Positions 1 through 8,516 of a DNA stretch of 64,000 bases are shown piece by piece. The stretch is taken from NCBI GenBank assembly GCA_049519175.1, contig JBEKQZ010000001.1:224043-288042 (forward strand), given 5' to 3'. The translations under genes and the position numbers were made by a program. The notes below the pieces were generated by a model. The model was given only the letters and a program-made list of their open reading frames with translations, was not told the origin of the DNA and ran no database searches. Every line of letters starts with the position of its first letter. The first letter of the stretch is position 1. The stretch comes from Candidatus Levyibacteriota bacterium. Lineage in GTDB: Bacteria > Patescibacteriota > Microgenomatia > Levybacterales > UBA12049.

Positions 1-16
1 TTTTAGCGCTTTTTGC

Positions 17-25
17 TGGTATAAT
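17..25 (+). promoter_or_regulatory. Possible extended -10 promoter element (TGgTATAAT) upstream of first gene
   Basis: Sequence ctGGTATAATtc at 17-25, 18 nt upstream of the ATG at 43. No convincing -35 seen. Confidence 0.2.
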
Positions 26-42
26 TCAATTAAAGAAAAAAT

Positions 43-759
43 ATGCATAAGGTCTCGGAATTATCCATTTTCTTTCCGTTTTGGAACGAGCAGGAAAACA
101 TTGAAGCGGTTATTCAAAAAGCCATTCTGGTGGCGCAAAAAGTTACCGACAAGTGGGAAATAATCATAATTGATGATGGCTCCTCGGATAAAACTTTAGA
201 AATTGCAAAACAGCTGGCCAAACAAGAACCAAGGCTAATTGTTGTTTCTCATGAAAAAAATCGGGGTTATGGGGCGGCGCTTAAAACCGGTTTCGCAAAA
301 GCCAGATATGACTTGGTAGTTTTTAATGACGGTGACGGACAGTTTGACTTAGCGGAAATAACGAAATTTTTAGACAGAATTGAGAATGCGGATCTGGTAA
401 TCGGCTACCGAAAAAAAAGATTGGACAGTCCCTTAAGACACGTCTTGATGAATATGCTAAAAGTTTGGGATTTAGTTTTATTCGGATTTCACTTTAAAGA
501 TATCGATTGTGGTTTTAAGCTTTTCAAAAAAGAAGCCTTAAGTAAAATCTTGCCTTTTCAGTCGGAGGGCGCGATGATCACCACGGAAATTCTAGCAAAA
601 GCCAAAAGAGCACATCTCAAAATTGTGCAGGTTGAGGTAAATCATTATCCAAGAATCTATGGCAATCAAAGCGGTGGGAATTTAAGAGTGATAGTAAGAG
701 CGGTTAAGGAAAGTTTATCTCTTTGGAGAGATTTAAATTTTAATTATGGAAGAAATTGA
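43..759 (+). CDS. GT2 glycosyltransferase, dolichyl/polyprenyl-phosphate sugar synthase (DPM1-like), soluble form
   Basis: The N-term IFFPFWNEQENI and IIIDDGSSDKT (DxD-type GT2 signature), NDGDGQFD and CGFKLF are typical of Dpm1/GtrB-like enzymes. ATG at 43. Confidence 0.8.
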   Translation: MHKVSELSIFFPFWNEQENIEAVIQKAILVAQKVTDKWEIIIIDDGSSDKTLEIAKQLAKQEPRLIVVSHEKNRGYGAALKTGFAKARYDLVVFNDGDGQFDLAEITKFLDRIENADLVIGYRKKRLDSPLRHVLMNMLKVWDLVLFGFHFKDIDCGFKLFKKEALSKILPFQSEGAMITTEILAKAKRAHLKIVQVEVNHYPRIYGNQSGGNLRVIVRAVKESLSLWRDLNFNYGRN

Positions 760-2200
760 CATTGCGGTAATTACCAAGCGTTCGATTCACGGCATTTTTG
801 CTTTGACCTCGCGAACTTTTGTCATACAAATAGTTAGTTTCCTGGCTAATTTTTTGCTGACTATTTTTTTGACACCCGCCATCTTCGGCGTTTATTTTGT
901 TGTTTCGGCCGCCATCGCTTTTCTTTCTTATTTTTCGGATATCGGTTTGGCGGCCGCACTAATCCAAAAGAAAGAAGCGATTACCAGGGATGATTTAATA
1001 ACCACTTTTACCTTACAGCAAATATTAGTAATTTCGGTTGTTGCAATTGCGCTTCTGTTGTCCAATTTTGTCGGTAACTTTTATCATTTAGGTCAGGATG
1101 GAGTTTTCCTATTCCAAGCTCTAGCGGTGGCTTTTTTCCTCTCTTCTTTAAAAACAATCCCTTCCATAATCCTAGAGCGGGATTTACATTTTGAAAAATT
1201 GGTCATTCCGCAAATCGTTGAAACTTTCTTTTTTAGCGTTGTCGCCGTTGTTTTGGCGATGAAAGGTTTTGGCATCTCCAGTTTTACCTACGCTGTTTTA
1301 GCCAGAGGGATTGCCGGAGTGATTGCAATTTACATCATCAACCCTTGGAAGCCGGGTCTTGGATTTTCCAAAGATTCCGCGCGAAAGCTATTGTCTTTTG
1401 GAATTCCCTTCCAGCTAAATAGTTTCTTGGCTTTAATAAAAGATGACTTATTTGTCGCTTACTTAGGTAGAGCCTTGCCGATAGCGCAAGTCGGTTTTAT
1501 TGGCTTTGCGCAAAAGTGGGCTTATGCGCCGCTAAGGTTAATTATGGATAACGTTATCAGAGTTACTTTTCCGTCTTTCTCAAGATTACAGCATGAAAAG
1601 GAAGTTTTGGAGAGGGCAATCGAAAAATCAATTTTTGCAGCCTGTTTTTTAATCTTCCCGGCGTTGGTCGGCTTAGTTTCGCTCTCTCCTTATTTTATTC
1701 ATTTAATTCCCAAATACCTTAAATGGGAACCCGCCATTTTATCTTTAGCGCTTTTTTCGATTAATGCCGCCTTATCTTCCATTTCCACTCCTTTAACCAA
1801 CGCGCTTAACGCCATCGGAAAAATAAAAGTCTCATTGTATTTAATGGTCGGTTGGACCATCGCCACTTGGGTTTTGACTCCTATTTTCATAGTTTTGTTT
1901 GGTTTTAATGGCGTTGCAGCGGCTTCCGCTTTAATTGCCTGCTCGGTAGTTTTGGTAATCTATCTAACGAAAAAATATGTTAAGTTTAATGTTTTTGCGG
2001 CCACAATGTATCCTTTTTTAGCCGCCGCAATAATGGGTGTTGCAATTTATTTCCTCAGTCCGATTCTAGTAAAAGGTTTAATCTCACTTGCTTTTATGAT
2101 TTGCCTAGGCGCTATGCTATACTTTCTATGCATTTTCCTTTTTGCGCGCAATGAAGTGCTTGCGGATGCCAGGATTGTCTTAAAACATTTAAGAAGATAG
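746..2200 (+). CDS. Wzx-like oligosaccharide flippase / polysaccharide biosynthesis protein (MOP superfamily)
   Basis: 484 aa with about 12-14 hydrophobic helices across the protein. Its size and topology are typical of the Polysacc_synt/Wzx family, and it sits in the glycan locus. Confidence 0.7.
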   Translation: MEEIDIAVITKRSIHGIFALTSRTFVIQIVSFLANFLLTIFLTPAIFGVYFVVSAAIAFLSYFSDIGLAAALIQKKEAITRDDLITTFTLQQILVISVVAIALLLSNFVGNFYHLGQDGVFLFQALAVAFFLSSLKTIPSIILERDLHFEKLVIPQIVETFFFSVVAVVLAMKGFGISSFTYAVLARGIAGVIAIYIINPWKPGLGFSKDSARKLLSFGIPFQLNSFLALIKDDLFVAYLGRALPIAQVGFIGFAQKWAYAPLRLIMDNVIRVTFPSFSRLQHEKEVLERAIEKSIFAACFLIFPALVGLVSLSPYFIHLIPKYLKWEPAILSLALFSINAALSSISTPLTNALNAIGKIKVSLYLMVGWTIATWVLTPIFIVLFGFNGVAAASALIACSVVLVIYLTKKYVKFNVFAATMYPFLAAAIMGVAIYFLSPILVKGLISLAFMICLGAMLYFLCIFLFARNEVLADARIVLKHLRR

Positions 2201-2201
2201 A

Positions 2202-3128
2202 ATGAGTAAAATTTCGGCCGTAATTTCGGCCTTCAACGAAGAAAAAAACATTGAGAGATGTCTTAAATCTTTGTCCTTTGCGGATGAAATCATAGTTGTG
2301 GATAACAGCTCTTCTGACAAAACTGCCGAGATTGCCCAAAAATATACCTCTAAAGTCTTTACGCAAAAAAATAATCCGGCAGAAATTGACCTGCAAAAGA
2401 ATTTTGGGTTTGAAAAAGCCACCAATGAGTGGATATTAAGCATCGATGCCGACGAGGAAGTTTCTCCGGCACTGGCGGAAGAAATAAAGAATATTCTAAA
2501 AACAAAACCATCAAGCATTGCGAATATAAACGGATTCTTGATTCCGAGAAAAAATTATATGTTTGGGAAGTGGATAAAAGAAAATACTGGTTGGTATCCG
2601 GATTATCAACTAAGGTTTTTTCGGAAAGGCAAGGGAAAATACAAAAACAAAGCTGTTCACAAAGATTTATCAATAGAGGGGGAGACGGAAAAACTTAAAG
2701 AACATATAATTCACCATAATTACGATTCAATAGAACAATACGTTAAAAAAATTCTCATTTATGCTCCGAATGAAGCAGAAGAATATTTACGTGGCGACTA
2801 TAAATTCTCATATTTTGACGTAATCCGTTTTCCGCTAAATGATTTTATGGCTTGGTTTTTTGCCAGGAAAGGATATAAAGACGGTTTCTATGGATTAGTG
2901 CTCGCTCTTATGCAAGCTTTTTATCATTTCCTAGTTTTCGCGTTCATCTGGGAGAAGCAAGGATTCAAAGACTATGACAAAGAGGATTTCTTAAAAGATA
3001 CAGAGAATGAATTCAAAAAATCAGGCCAGGAAATTTTATATTGGATTTCCAAAGAAAAGTTGGAGAATATCAAGAATCCAATTCAACGTCATCTGCAAAG
3101 AGTTTCAGACAAACTCCACGGAATGTAA
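2202..3128 (+). CDS. GT2 family glycosyltransferase (WaaE/KdtX-like subfamily)
   Basis: VISAFNEEKNIERCLKSL..ADEIIVVDNSSSDKT..LSIDADE. It is paralogous to the 4038 and 25426 genes. Confidence 0.8.
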   Translation: MSKISAVISAFNEEKNIERCLKSLSFADEIIVVDNSSSDKTAEIAQKYTSKVFTQKNNPAEIDLQKNFGFEKATNEWILSIDADEEVSPALAEEIKNILKTKPSSIANINGFLIPRKNYMFGKWIKENTGWYPDYQLRFFRKGKGKYKNKAVHKDLSIEGETEKLKEHIIHHNYDSIEQYVKKILIYAPNEAEEYLRGDYKFSYFDVIRFPLNDFMAWFFARKGYKDGFYGLVLALMQAFYHFLVFAFIWEKQGFKDYDKEDFLKDTENEFKKSGQEILYWISKEKLENIKNPIQRHLQRVSDKLHGM

Positions 3129-3130
3129 TT

Positions 3131-4045
3131 ATGACGAAAGTTTTTGTCACACTTATCAATTACAATAGTAATCAAGCTACTTCTGATTGTCTTCACTCTT
3201 TGGAAGAAATAAATACTGCGGATTTTGTTCTAAGTGTGGTTGTGATTGATAATGCTTCAACGGAAAAGTTCACGAAAGATAAAAAATATCAAAAACTAAA
3301 TTTAAAAATAATCAGAAGCGAAAAGAATTTAGGGTTTGCGGGCGGACAAAATTTAGGAATAAAGTTTGCTCTAGATAATGGCGCGGATTATGTTGTTGTT
3401 TTGAATGACGACGTTATTTTGGATAAAGATTTAATCGTTGAACTTTTAAAAACTTTTGAAACAAATAAAGATTGTGGAATGGTTTCCCCAAAAATCTATT
3501 TTGCCAAAGGTTACGAGTTTCATAAAGATAGATATCAACAAAATGAACTTGGTAAAGTCATTTGGTATGCTGGCGGAAAAATTGATTGGCAAAATGTAAT
3601 TGCATCACATCGTGGCGTTGATGAAGTTGATAAAGGGCAATATGAAAAAGTGGCAGAAACGGATTTTGCCAGCGGCTGCTGCGAGATGATCAAGCGGAAA
3701 GTGCTTGAAAAGATTGGGCTTTTTGACGAAAGATATTTTTTATACTATGAAGACAATGATCTAAGTCAGCGGGCGAAAGCTTACAACTTCAAAATTCTCT
3801 ATCAGCCAAAAGCGATTATGTGGCACTTGAATGCCGGTTCCACCGGCGGCTCCGGGTCAACGCTTCACGATTATTACATCACCAGAAATAGATTGTTGTT
3901 CGGATTCAAATACTCTTCGTTAAGAACAAAACTGGCGCTTAGTAAAGAAAGTTTCAGAGATATTTTATCCGGAAGACCCTGGCAAAAAAAAGGAGCATTA
4001 GATTTTTATTTAAGAAAATTTGGGAAAGGAAGTTATCATGAATAA
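3131..4045 (+). CDS. GT2 family glycosyltransferase (rhamnosyltransferase-like)
   Basis: After the ATG at 3131: VTLINYNSNQ..VVVIDNAST..VVVLNDDVIL..YYEDNDLSQR. The ORF track starts at 3041 (in frame), but 3131 lies directly after the upstream stop. Confidence 0.8.
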   Translation: MTKVFVTLINYNSNQATSDCLHSLEEINTADFVLSVVVIDNASTEKFTKDKKYQKLNLKIIRSEKNLGFAGGQNLGIKFALDNGADYVVVLNDDVILDKDLIVELLKTFETNKDCGMVSPKIYFAKGYEFHKDRYQQNELGKVIWYAGGKIDWQNVIASHRGVDEVDKGQYEKVAETDFASGCCEMIKRKVLEKIGLFDERYFLYYEDNDLSQRAKAYNFKILYQPKAIMWHLNAGSTGGSGSTLHDYYITRNRLLFGFKYSSLRTKLALSKESFRDILSGRPWQKKGALDFYLRKFGKGSYHE

Positions 4046-4814
4046 AATTTCGGCCATCATCATTGCCAGAAACGAAGAGAAAATGATTGAAGAGGCTTTA
4101 GACAGTCTAGCTTTTTGCGACGAAATTATCGTTGTGGATAATGGTTCAGTAGATAAAACGAAAGAAATTGTCGAGAAAAAAGGTGCTAAAATTTATGAGA
4201 TAAGAACGAACGACTTTTCAGAACTGCGAAATTTCGGTTTGAGTAAAGCAGAAAATAACTGGATTTTATATCTGGATGCAGATGAAAGAATTGACGACGA
4301 ACTCAGAAATTCAATCAAAGATACTATTTCGACAGATACCCGATATGCGGCATTTTTCTTAAAAAGGAAAAATTTTTATTTTGGCAAACACGAATGGCCA
4401 AAGATAGAAAGATTGGAGAGGCTATTCAGAAAAGAAAAGTTAAAACAGTGGAAGGGAACCTTGCACGAAAGTCCGGTTGTTGACGGCGAAATAGGCAGGA
4501 TTGACAAAGGACTAATTTTGCATTTTACTCATCGCGACTTAGAAAGTATGCTAAGCAAAACCAATGAATGGTCGGCTAAGGAAGCACTTCTAAGATATAA
4601 CAGCGGGCATCCTAAAATGACCTGGTGGAGGTTTCCCCGGGTAATGCTGACGGCTTTCTTGGATTCTTACATTAAGCAGGGTGGATATAAAGCGGGAGTT
4701 ACTGGCGTTGTGGAAAGTATGTATCAAGCGTTTAGTATGTTTGTCACTTATGCCAAACTTTGGGAATTGCAAAGTAAAATTGAAAGTAAAAAATTAGGAA
4801 TAAAAAAGCTATGA
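4038..4814 (+). CDS. GT2 family glycosyltransferase (paralog of 2202 gene)
   Basis: MNKISAIIIARNEEKMIEEALDSLAFCDEIIVVDNGSVDKT..YLDADE. An aaggaag SD lies before the ATG at 4038. The ORF track starts at 4020. Confidence 0.75.
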   Translation: MNKISAIIIARNEEKMIEEALDSLAFCDEIIVVDNGSVDKTKEIVEKKGAKIYEIRTNDFSELRNFGLSKAENNWILYLDADERIDDELRNSIKDTISTDTRYAAFFLKRKNFYFGKHEWPKIERLERLFRKEKLKQWKGTLHESPVVDGEIGRIDKGLILHFTHRDLESMLSKTNEWSAKEALLRYNSGHPKMTWWRFPRVMLTAFLDSYIKQGGYKAGVTGVVESMYQAFSMFVTYAKLWELQSKIESKKLGIKKL

Positions 4815-7156
4815 TGAGATTAATACAACGCTTTTGGCCCGTTGTCCTAATTATCGCAGTTTGGTTTATCTTTGCGTCGCCATATTTCATTCAGCACAAA
4901 GTCCCTTTCTCGTCAACTTATCTGGTAAATTTTTTTTCTCCGTGGAATGCTTATCAGGGATTTGCGTCACCAGTCAAAAACAACGCCATGCCGGATGTAA
5001 TATCACAAATCTATCCTTGGAAAACTTTAACAATAGAAGCGCTTAAGCATTTACAAATTCCCCTGTGGAATCCTTACGGTTTTTCGGGAACACCACTACT
5101 GGCAAATTATCAATCAGCGGTTTTGTCGCCGTTTAACTTATTGTTTTTTATCCTGCCGTTTATTGACGCTTGGAGTTTATTAGTATTGTTGCAACCCTTA
5201 CTGGCTGGGATTTTTACTTATTTTTTCTTACGGACGTTAAGAATAAGTAAGGAGGGCGCCGTGATTAGTTCTTTGGGTTTTATGTTTTGCGGTTTCCTTA
5301 CAACTTGGATGGCTTATGCAACGCTTGGCTACGCCATTTTATTTTTACCTTTGGCTTTATTTGCAATCGAAAAATTTTACCAAACACAAAAGAACCGGTT
5401 TTTGGTGCTGCTTGCTTTTTCTTTGCCACTGTCTTTTTTCAGCGGACATTTTCAAATCAGTATTTATTTTTTTCTATTCGTAATCGCCTATCAACTTTTT
5501 AAATTCTGGCAGGTAAAAAACCTTAAAAATGCTCTTGTTCTTCTTTTCTATACATTCGTTGGTATTCTATTATCGCTTCCTCAGCTACTCCCTTCAGTAG
5601 AGGCATACACACAATCTTTAAGAAGTGGTATCTTTGAAAAGGCGGAAGTCATTCCTTGGGGCTATCTGTTGACTTTTCTGGCGCCCGACTTTTTAGGAAA
5701 TCCTGTCACCAGAAATGATTGGTTCGGGCACTACGCGGAATGGAATGCTTACGTTGGCGTGATTCCTCTCATTTTGGGATGCTTCGCGCTTTTTAGGGTC
5801 AGAAAAAAGGAAATTTTGTTTTTCGGGCTAATGGCACTACTGGCAATTCTTTTCTCTTTTCAAACCCCGCTTTTAGATTTACTGGTAGTTCTTAAGATCC
5901 CGGTTTTGTCAACCAGTGCTCTTAGTCGGATAATTGTATTGTTTAGCTTTTCTGTAGCTGTTTTGGCCGGGTATGGATTTGAACAATTACTTTTTGACAT
6001 TAGACAAAAAAACATCAGACCTATTTATTTACTACTTACTTTCTTCGTTATGATATTTGCGGTTTTTTGGGGAGTAATTCTTCTGAAACTAATTATACCT
6101 TTAGATAGAATAGTAATCGCTAAACAAAATCTGATTCTTCCGACGGTCTTGTTCTTCATTTTTTGGGTACTGGTCACGTCTTCATTGTTGGTGGTTCATC
6201 TAAAAAAAGGATTTTTCCTTAAAATTTTACCGCTGGCGTTAATCTTGGTTGTGGCTTTCGATTTGTTAAGGTTTTCTGGCAAATGGATGCCGTTTGACCC
6301 AAGAAGTTTAATGTATCCTAATATTCCGATTGCTCAAGAGCTAAATAAAATTTCGGGTTTTGATAGAGTGATGAGTAATATCGGCGGAGAAGGCACGCTT
6401 TATTACCGTTTACCGTCACTTGAAGGATATGACGCGGTTTACATAAAAAGATATGGAGAGTTTATTGCCTCCTTGAGTAACGGAAAGCTTGCGGAATCGG
6501 CAAGGTCGGTAGTCAGTTTTCCCAAAAACGGTTTATATACAAAACAAGCGATTAATTTATTGGGAGTAAAATATATCGTTAATAAAGTCGCTGATGGGCA
6601 TTCGGTTTGGAATTTTCCTTTTTGGACCTATCCGGCCGGCACGTTTTTAACTATTTATAATGACGGCATCTATCAAGTTTTTGAGAATAAAGATGTTTTC
6701 CCCAGAGCGTTCCTGGTCAATCAATATGCTGTTGTCAGTAATCCGCAGAAAATTTTAGACACAATGTTTGGTTTACATTTTGATTTAAGACAAGCAGTTG
6801 TTTTGGAACAAAATCCAAAGCTCAAACTGAGCGGACAAGGGACAGCACATATTAGTAGCTATGCTTCCGGAAAAATTTCAATTGAAACAAATTCCAGTGG
6901 AAATAATCTTTTATTCCTTTCGGATACTGATTATCCCGGTTGGCAAGCTTATGTCGATGGACGCCCAACATCAATTTACCGGGCCGATTTTGCTTTCCGG
7001 GCTATTTATGTTCCGTCAGGCATACATCAAGTCGAGTTTATTTATAATCCGTTGAGTTTCAATTTGAGTGTTCTAGCGACGGTTTTTGGGTTAATACTGA
7101 TGGCAGTTTTTACGGTTATTCTTAAAAGAAGCCCTATTTTTTCTCCCAAAATTTGA
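4811..7156 (+). CDS. YfhO-family polytopic membrane glycosyltransferase (GT-C fold)
   Basis: The N-terminal loop is PLWNPYGFSGTPLLANYQSAVLSPFN. The protein has many TM helices. The C-terminal beta-rich domain (DYPGWQAYVDGRPTSIY...GIHQVEFIYNP) plus a final TM anchor is typical of YfhO. Confidence 0.7.
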   Translation: MMRLIQRFWPVVLIIAVWFIFASPYFIQHKVPFSSTYLVNFFSPWNAYQGFASPVKNNAMPDVISQIYPWKTLTIEALKHLQIPLWNPYGFSGTPLLANYQSAVLSPFNLLFFILPFIDAWSLLVLLQPLLAGIFTYFFLRTLRISKEGAVISSLGFMFCGFLTTWMAYATLGYAILFLPLALFAIEKFYQTQKNRFLVLLAFSLPLSFFSGHFQISIYFFLFVIAYQLFKFWQVKNLKNALVLLFYTFVGILLSLPQLLPSVEAYTQSLRSGIFEKAEVIPWGYLLTFLAPDFLGNPVTRNDWFGHYAEWNAYVGVIPLILGCFALFRVRKKEILFFGLMALLAILFSFQTPLLDLLVVLKIPVLSTSALSRIIVLFSFSVAVLAGYGFEQLLFDIRQKNIRPIYLLLTFFVMIFAVFWGVILLKLIIPLDRIVIAKQNLILPTVLFFIFWVLVTSSLLVVHLKKGFFLKILPLALILVVAFDLLRFSGKWMPFDPRSLMYPNIPIAQELNKISGFDRVMSNIGGEGTLYYRLPSLEGYDAVYIKRYGEFIASLSNGKLAESARSVVSFPKNGLYTKQAINLLGVKYIVNKVADGHSVWNFPFWTYPAGTFLTIYNDGIYQVFENKDVFPRAFLVNQYAVVSNPQKILDTMFGLHFDLRQAVVLEQNPKLKLSGQGTAHISSYASGKISIETNSSGNNLLFLSDTDYPGWQAYVDGRPTSIYRADFAFRAIYVPSGIHQVEFIYNPLSFNLSVLATVFGLILMAVFTVILKRSPIFSPKI

Positions 7157-7370
7157 GTTCTTCCAATTTCATTTTTTTCGTAGCAAAAAAGAAAAGATAA
7201 ACAATTTCCAAAATTCCCACGGTATTTAAGATCAGAATTCCGACAAACCAATTCCTTTGTTTAAGCTGAGCGGCTCTCCAAAGAGCAAGTCCTTTCCAAA
7301 GCAAAGACCAAAGATAAAGAATGAAAAATAACCACATTTGGTTTTGGCCGATGGCGCTAAAAAGATTCAT
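7134..7370 (-). CDS. Small 2-TM membrane protein (PLDc_N/DUF5652-like), the only minus-strand gene
   Basis: 78 aa with an ATG start (cat at 7368-7370). Two hydrophobic helices with a W..LALW..AAQ....WF..ILILNTVGILEIVYLF pattern. It occupies the only sizeable gap between + strand genes. Confidence 0.4.
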   Translation of the reverse strand: MNLFSAIGQNQMWLFFILYLWSLLWKGLALWRAAQLKQRNWFVGILILNTVGILEIVYLFFFATKKMKLEELKFWEKK

Positions 7371-7436
7371 TGCTTAAATTATAGCTTGCTATAGTCCATA
7401 AATGCAACTGGTTTGAAAACTTGCTAGAATAGAAGT

Positions 7437-8516
7437 ATGAGAATCGGGATATTTGATCCTTATCTAGATTCACTCGTCGGTGGAGAAAAATACATGCTGA
7501 CCGCGGCCTGGTATTTATCCCAAAAACACGAAGTGTCTGTTTTTTGGGATCAAAAAGATATATTGGAAAAGGGCGCCGAAAAATTCAACCTTGATTTATC
7601 TAAAATAAAAATGACCTGTAACATTTTTTCCGCAAAAACACCTTTTTATAAAAAATATCTTGCCAGCAAAAAGTATGATGCAATCCTTTTTTTAAGCGAC
7701 GGTAGTTTGCCAATCATTGGTACTAAATTATACGTACATTTTCAATTTCCGATTGAATGGGTTAATCCAAGTAGTCTTTTAAGCAACTTTAAAAAAAAGC
7801 GTATTAAAAAAATAATTTGTAACTCATATTTCACAAAGTCTTTTATCGATAAAAAATTTAATGTAGACAGCGAAATTTTATATCCGCCGACCTATTTTAA
7901 AAAAGATTTTCCAAAAGTGGAGTTGAAGCAGAAAAAAAATCAAATTCTTAACGTCGGAAGACTTTCTGTTTTTCCCGACGGCGGGTTATTTAAAAAACAG
8001 GATTTTTTGATTAAAGCTTTTAAAGAAATCGTTGACAGCGGCGTTAAAAATTGGGAGTTAATTCTAGTAGTCAGTTATCTGGAGAGAGATAAAGAAGTTC
8101 TGGAAAATTTAAAGAAACAAATTAAAGGTTACCCGATTAAAATTCTAGCCAATATCAGTTTTGCGCAGTTGAATCAGGTTTATGCCGCAAGTAAAATTTA
8201 TTGGCACGCTTCCGGTTTTGGAGAAGACTTAAAGACTCATCCCGAAAGAGCGGAGCATTTTGGCATTACAACGATCGAAGCGATGATGAATGGAATTGTG
8301 CCGGTTGTTATCAACGCTGGCGGGCAAAAAGAAATTGTTCAAGACTCGCAAGATGGGTTTTTGTTCGAAAATGAGAAGGAGTTAATTGCCAAAACGATAA
8401 AATTAATTAAAGATGATTCTTTATGCTCAAAAATGGCGAAAAGTGCTAGAGAAAAAGCGGAAGAATTCTCAACGGATAGATTTTGCGAAAAGCTGGAAGC
8501 AATTTTTAGCAAATGA
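7437..8516 (+). CDS. GT4 family glycosyltransferase (group 1)
   Basis: The C-terminal domain has EHFGITTIEAMMNGIVPVV..GGQKEIV (the E-x7-E GT4 signature). Confidence 0.8.
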   Translation: MRIGIFDPYLDSLVGGEKYMLTAAWYLSQKHEVSVFWDQKDILEKGAEKFNLDLSKIKMTCNIFSAKTPFYKKYLASKKYDAILFLSDGSLPIIGTKLYVHFQFPIEWVNPSSLLSNFKKKRIKKIICNSYFTKSFIDKKFNVDSEILYPPTYFKKDFPKVELKQKKNQILNVGRLSVFPDGGLFKKQDFLIKAFKEIVDSGVKNWELILVVSYLERDKEVLENLKKQIKGYPIKILANISFAQLNQVYAASKIYWHASGFGEDLKTHPERAEHFGITTIEAMMNGIVPVVINAGGQKEIVQDSQDGFLFENEKELIAKTIKLIKDDSLCSKMAKSAREKAEEFSTDRFCEKLEAIFSK

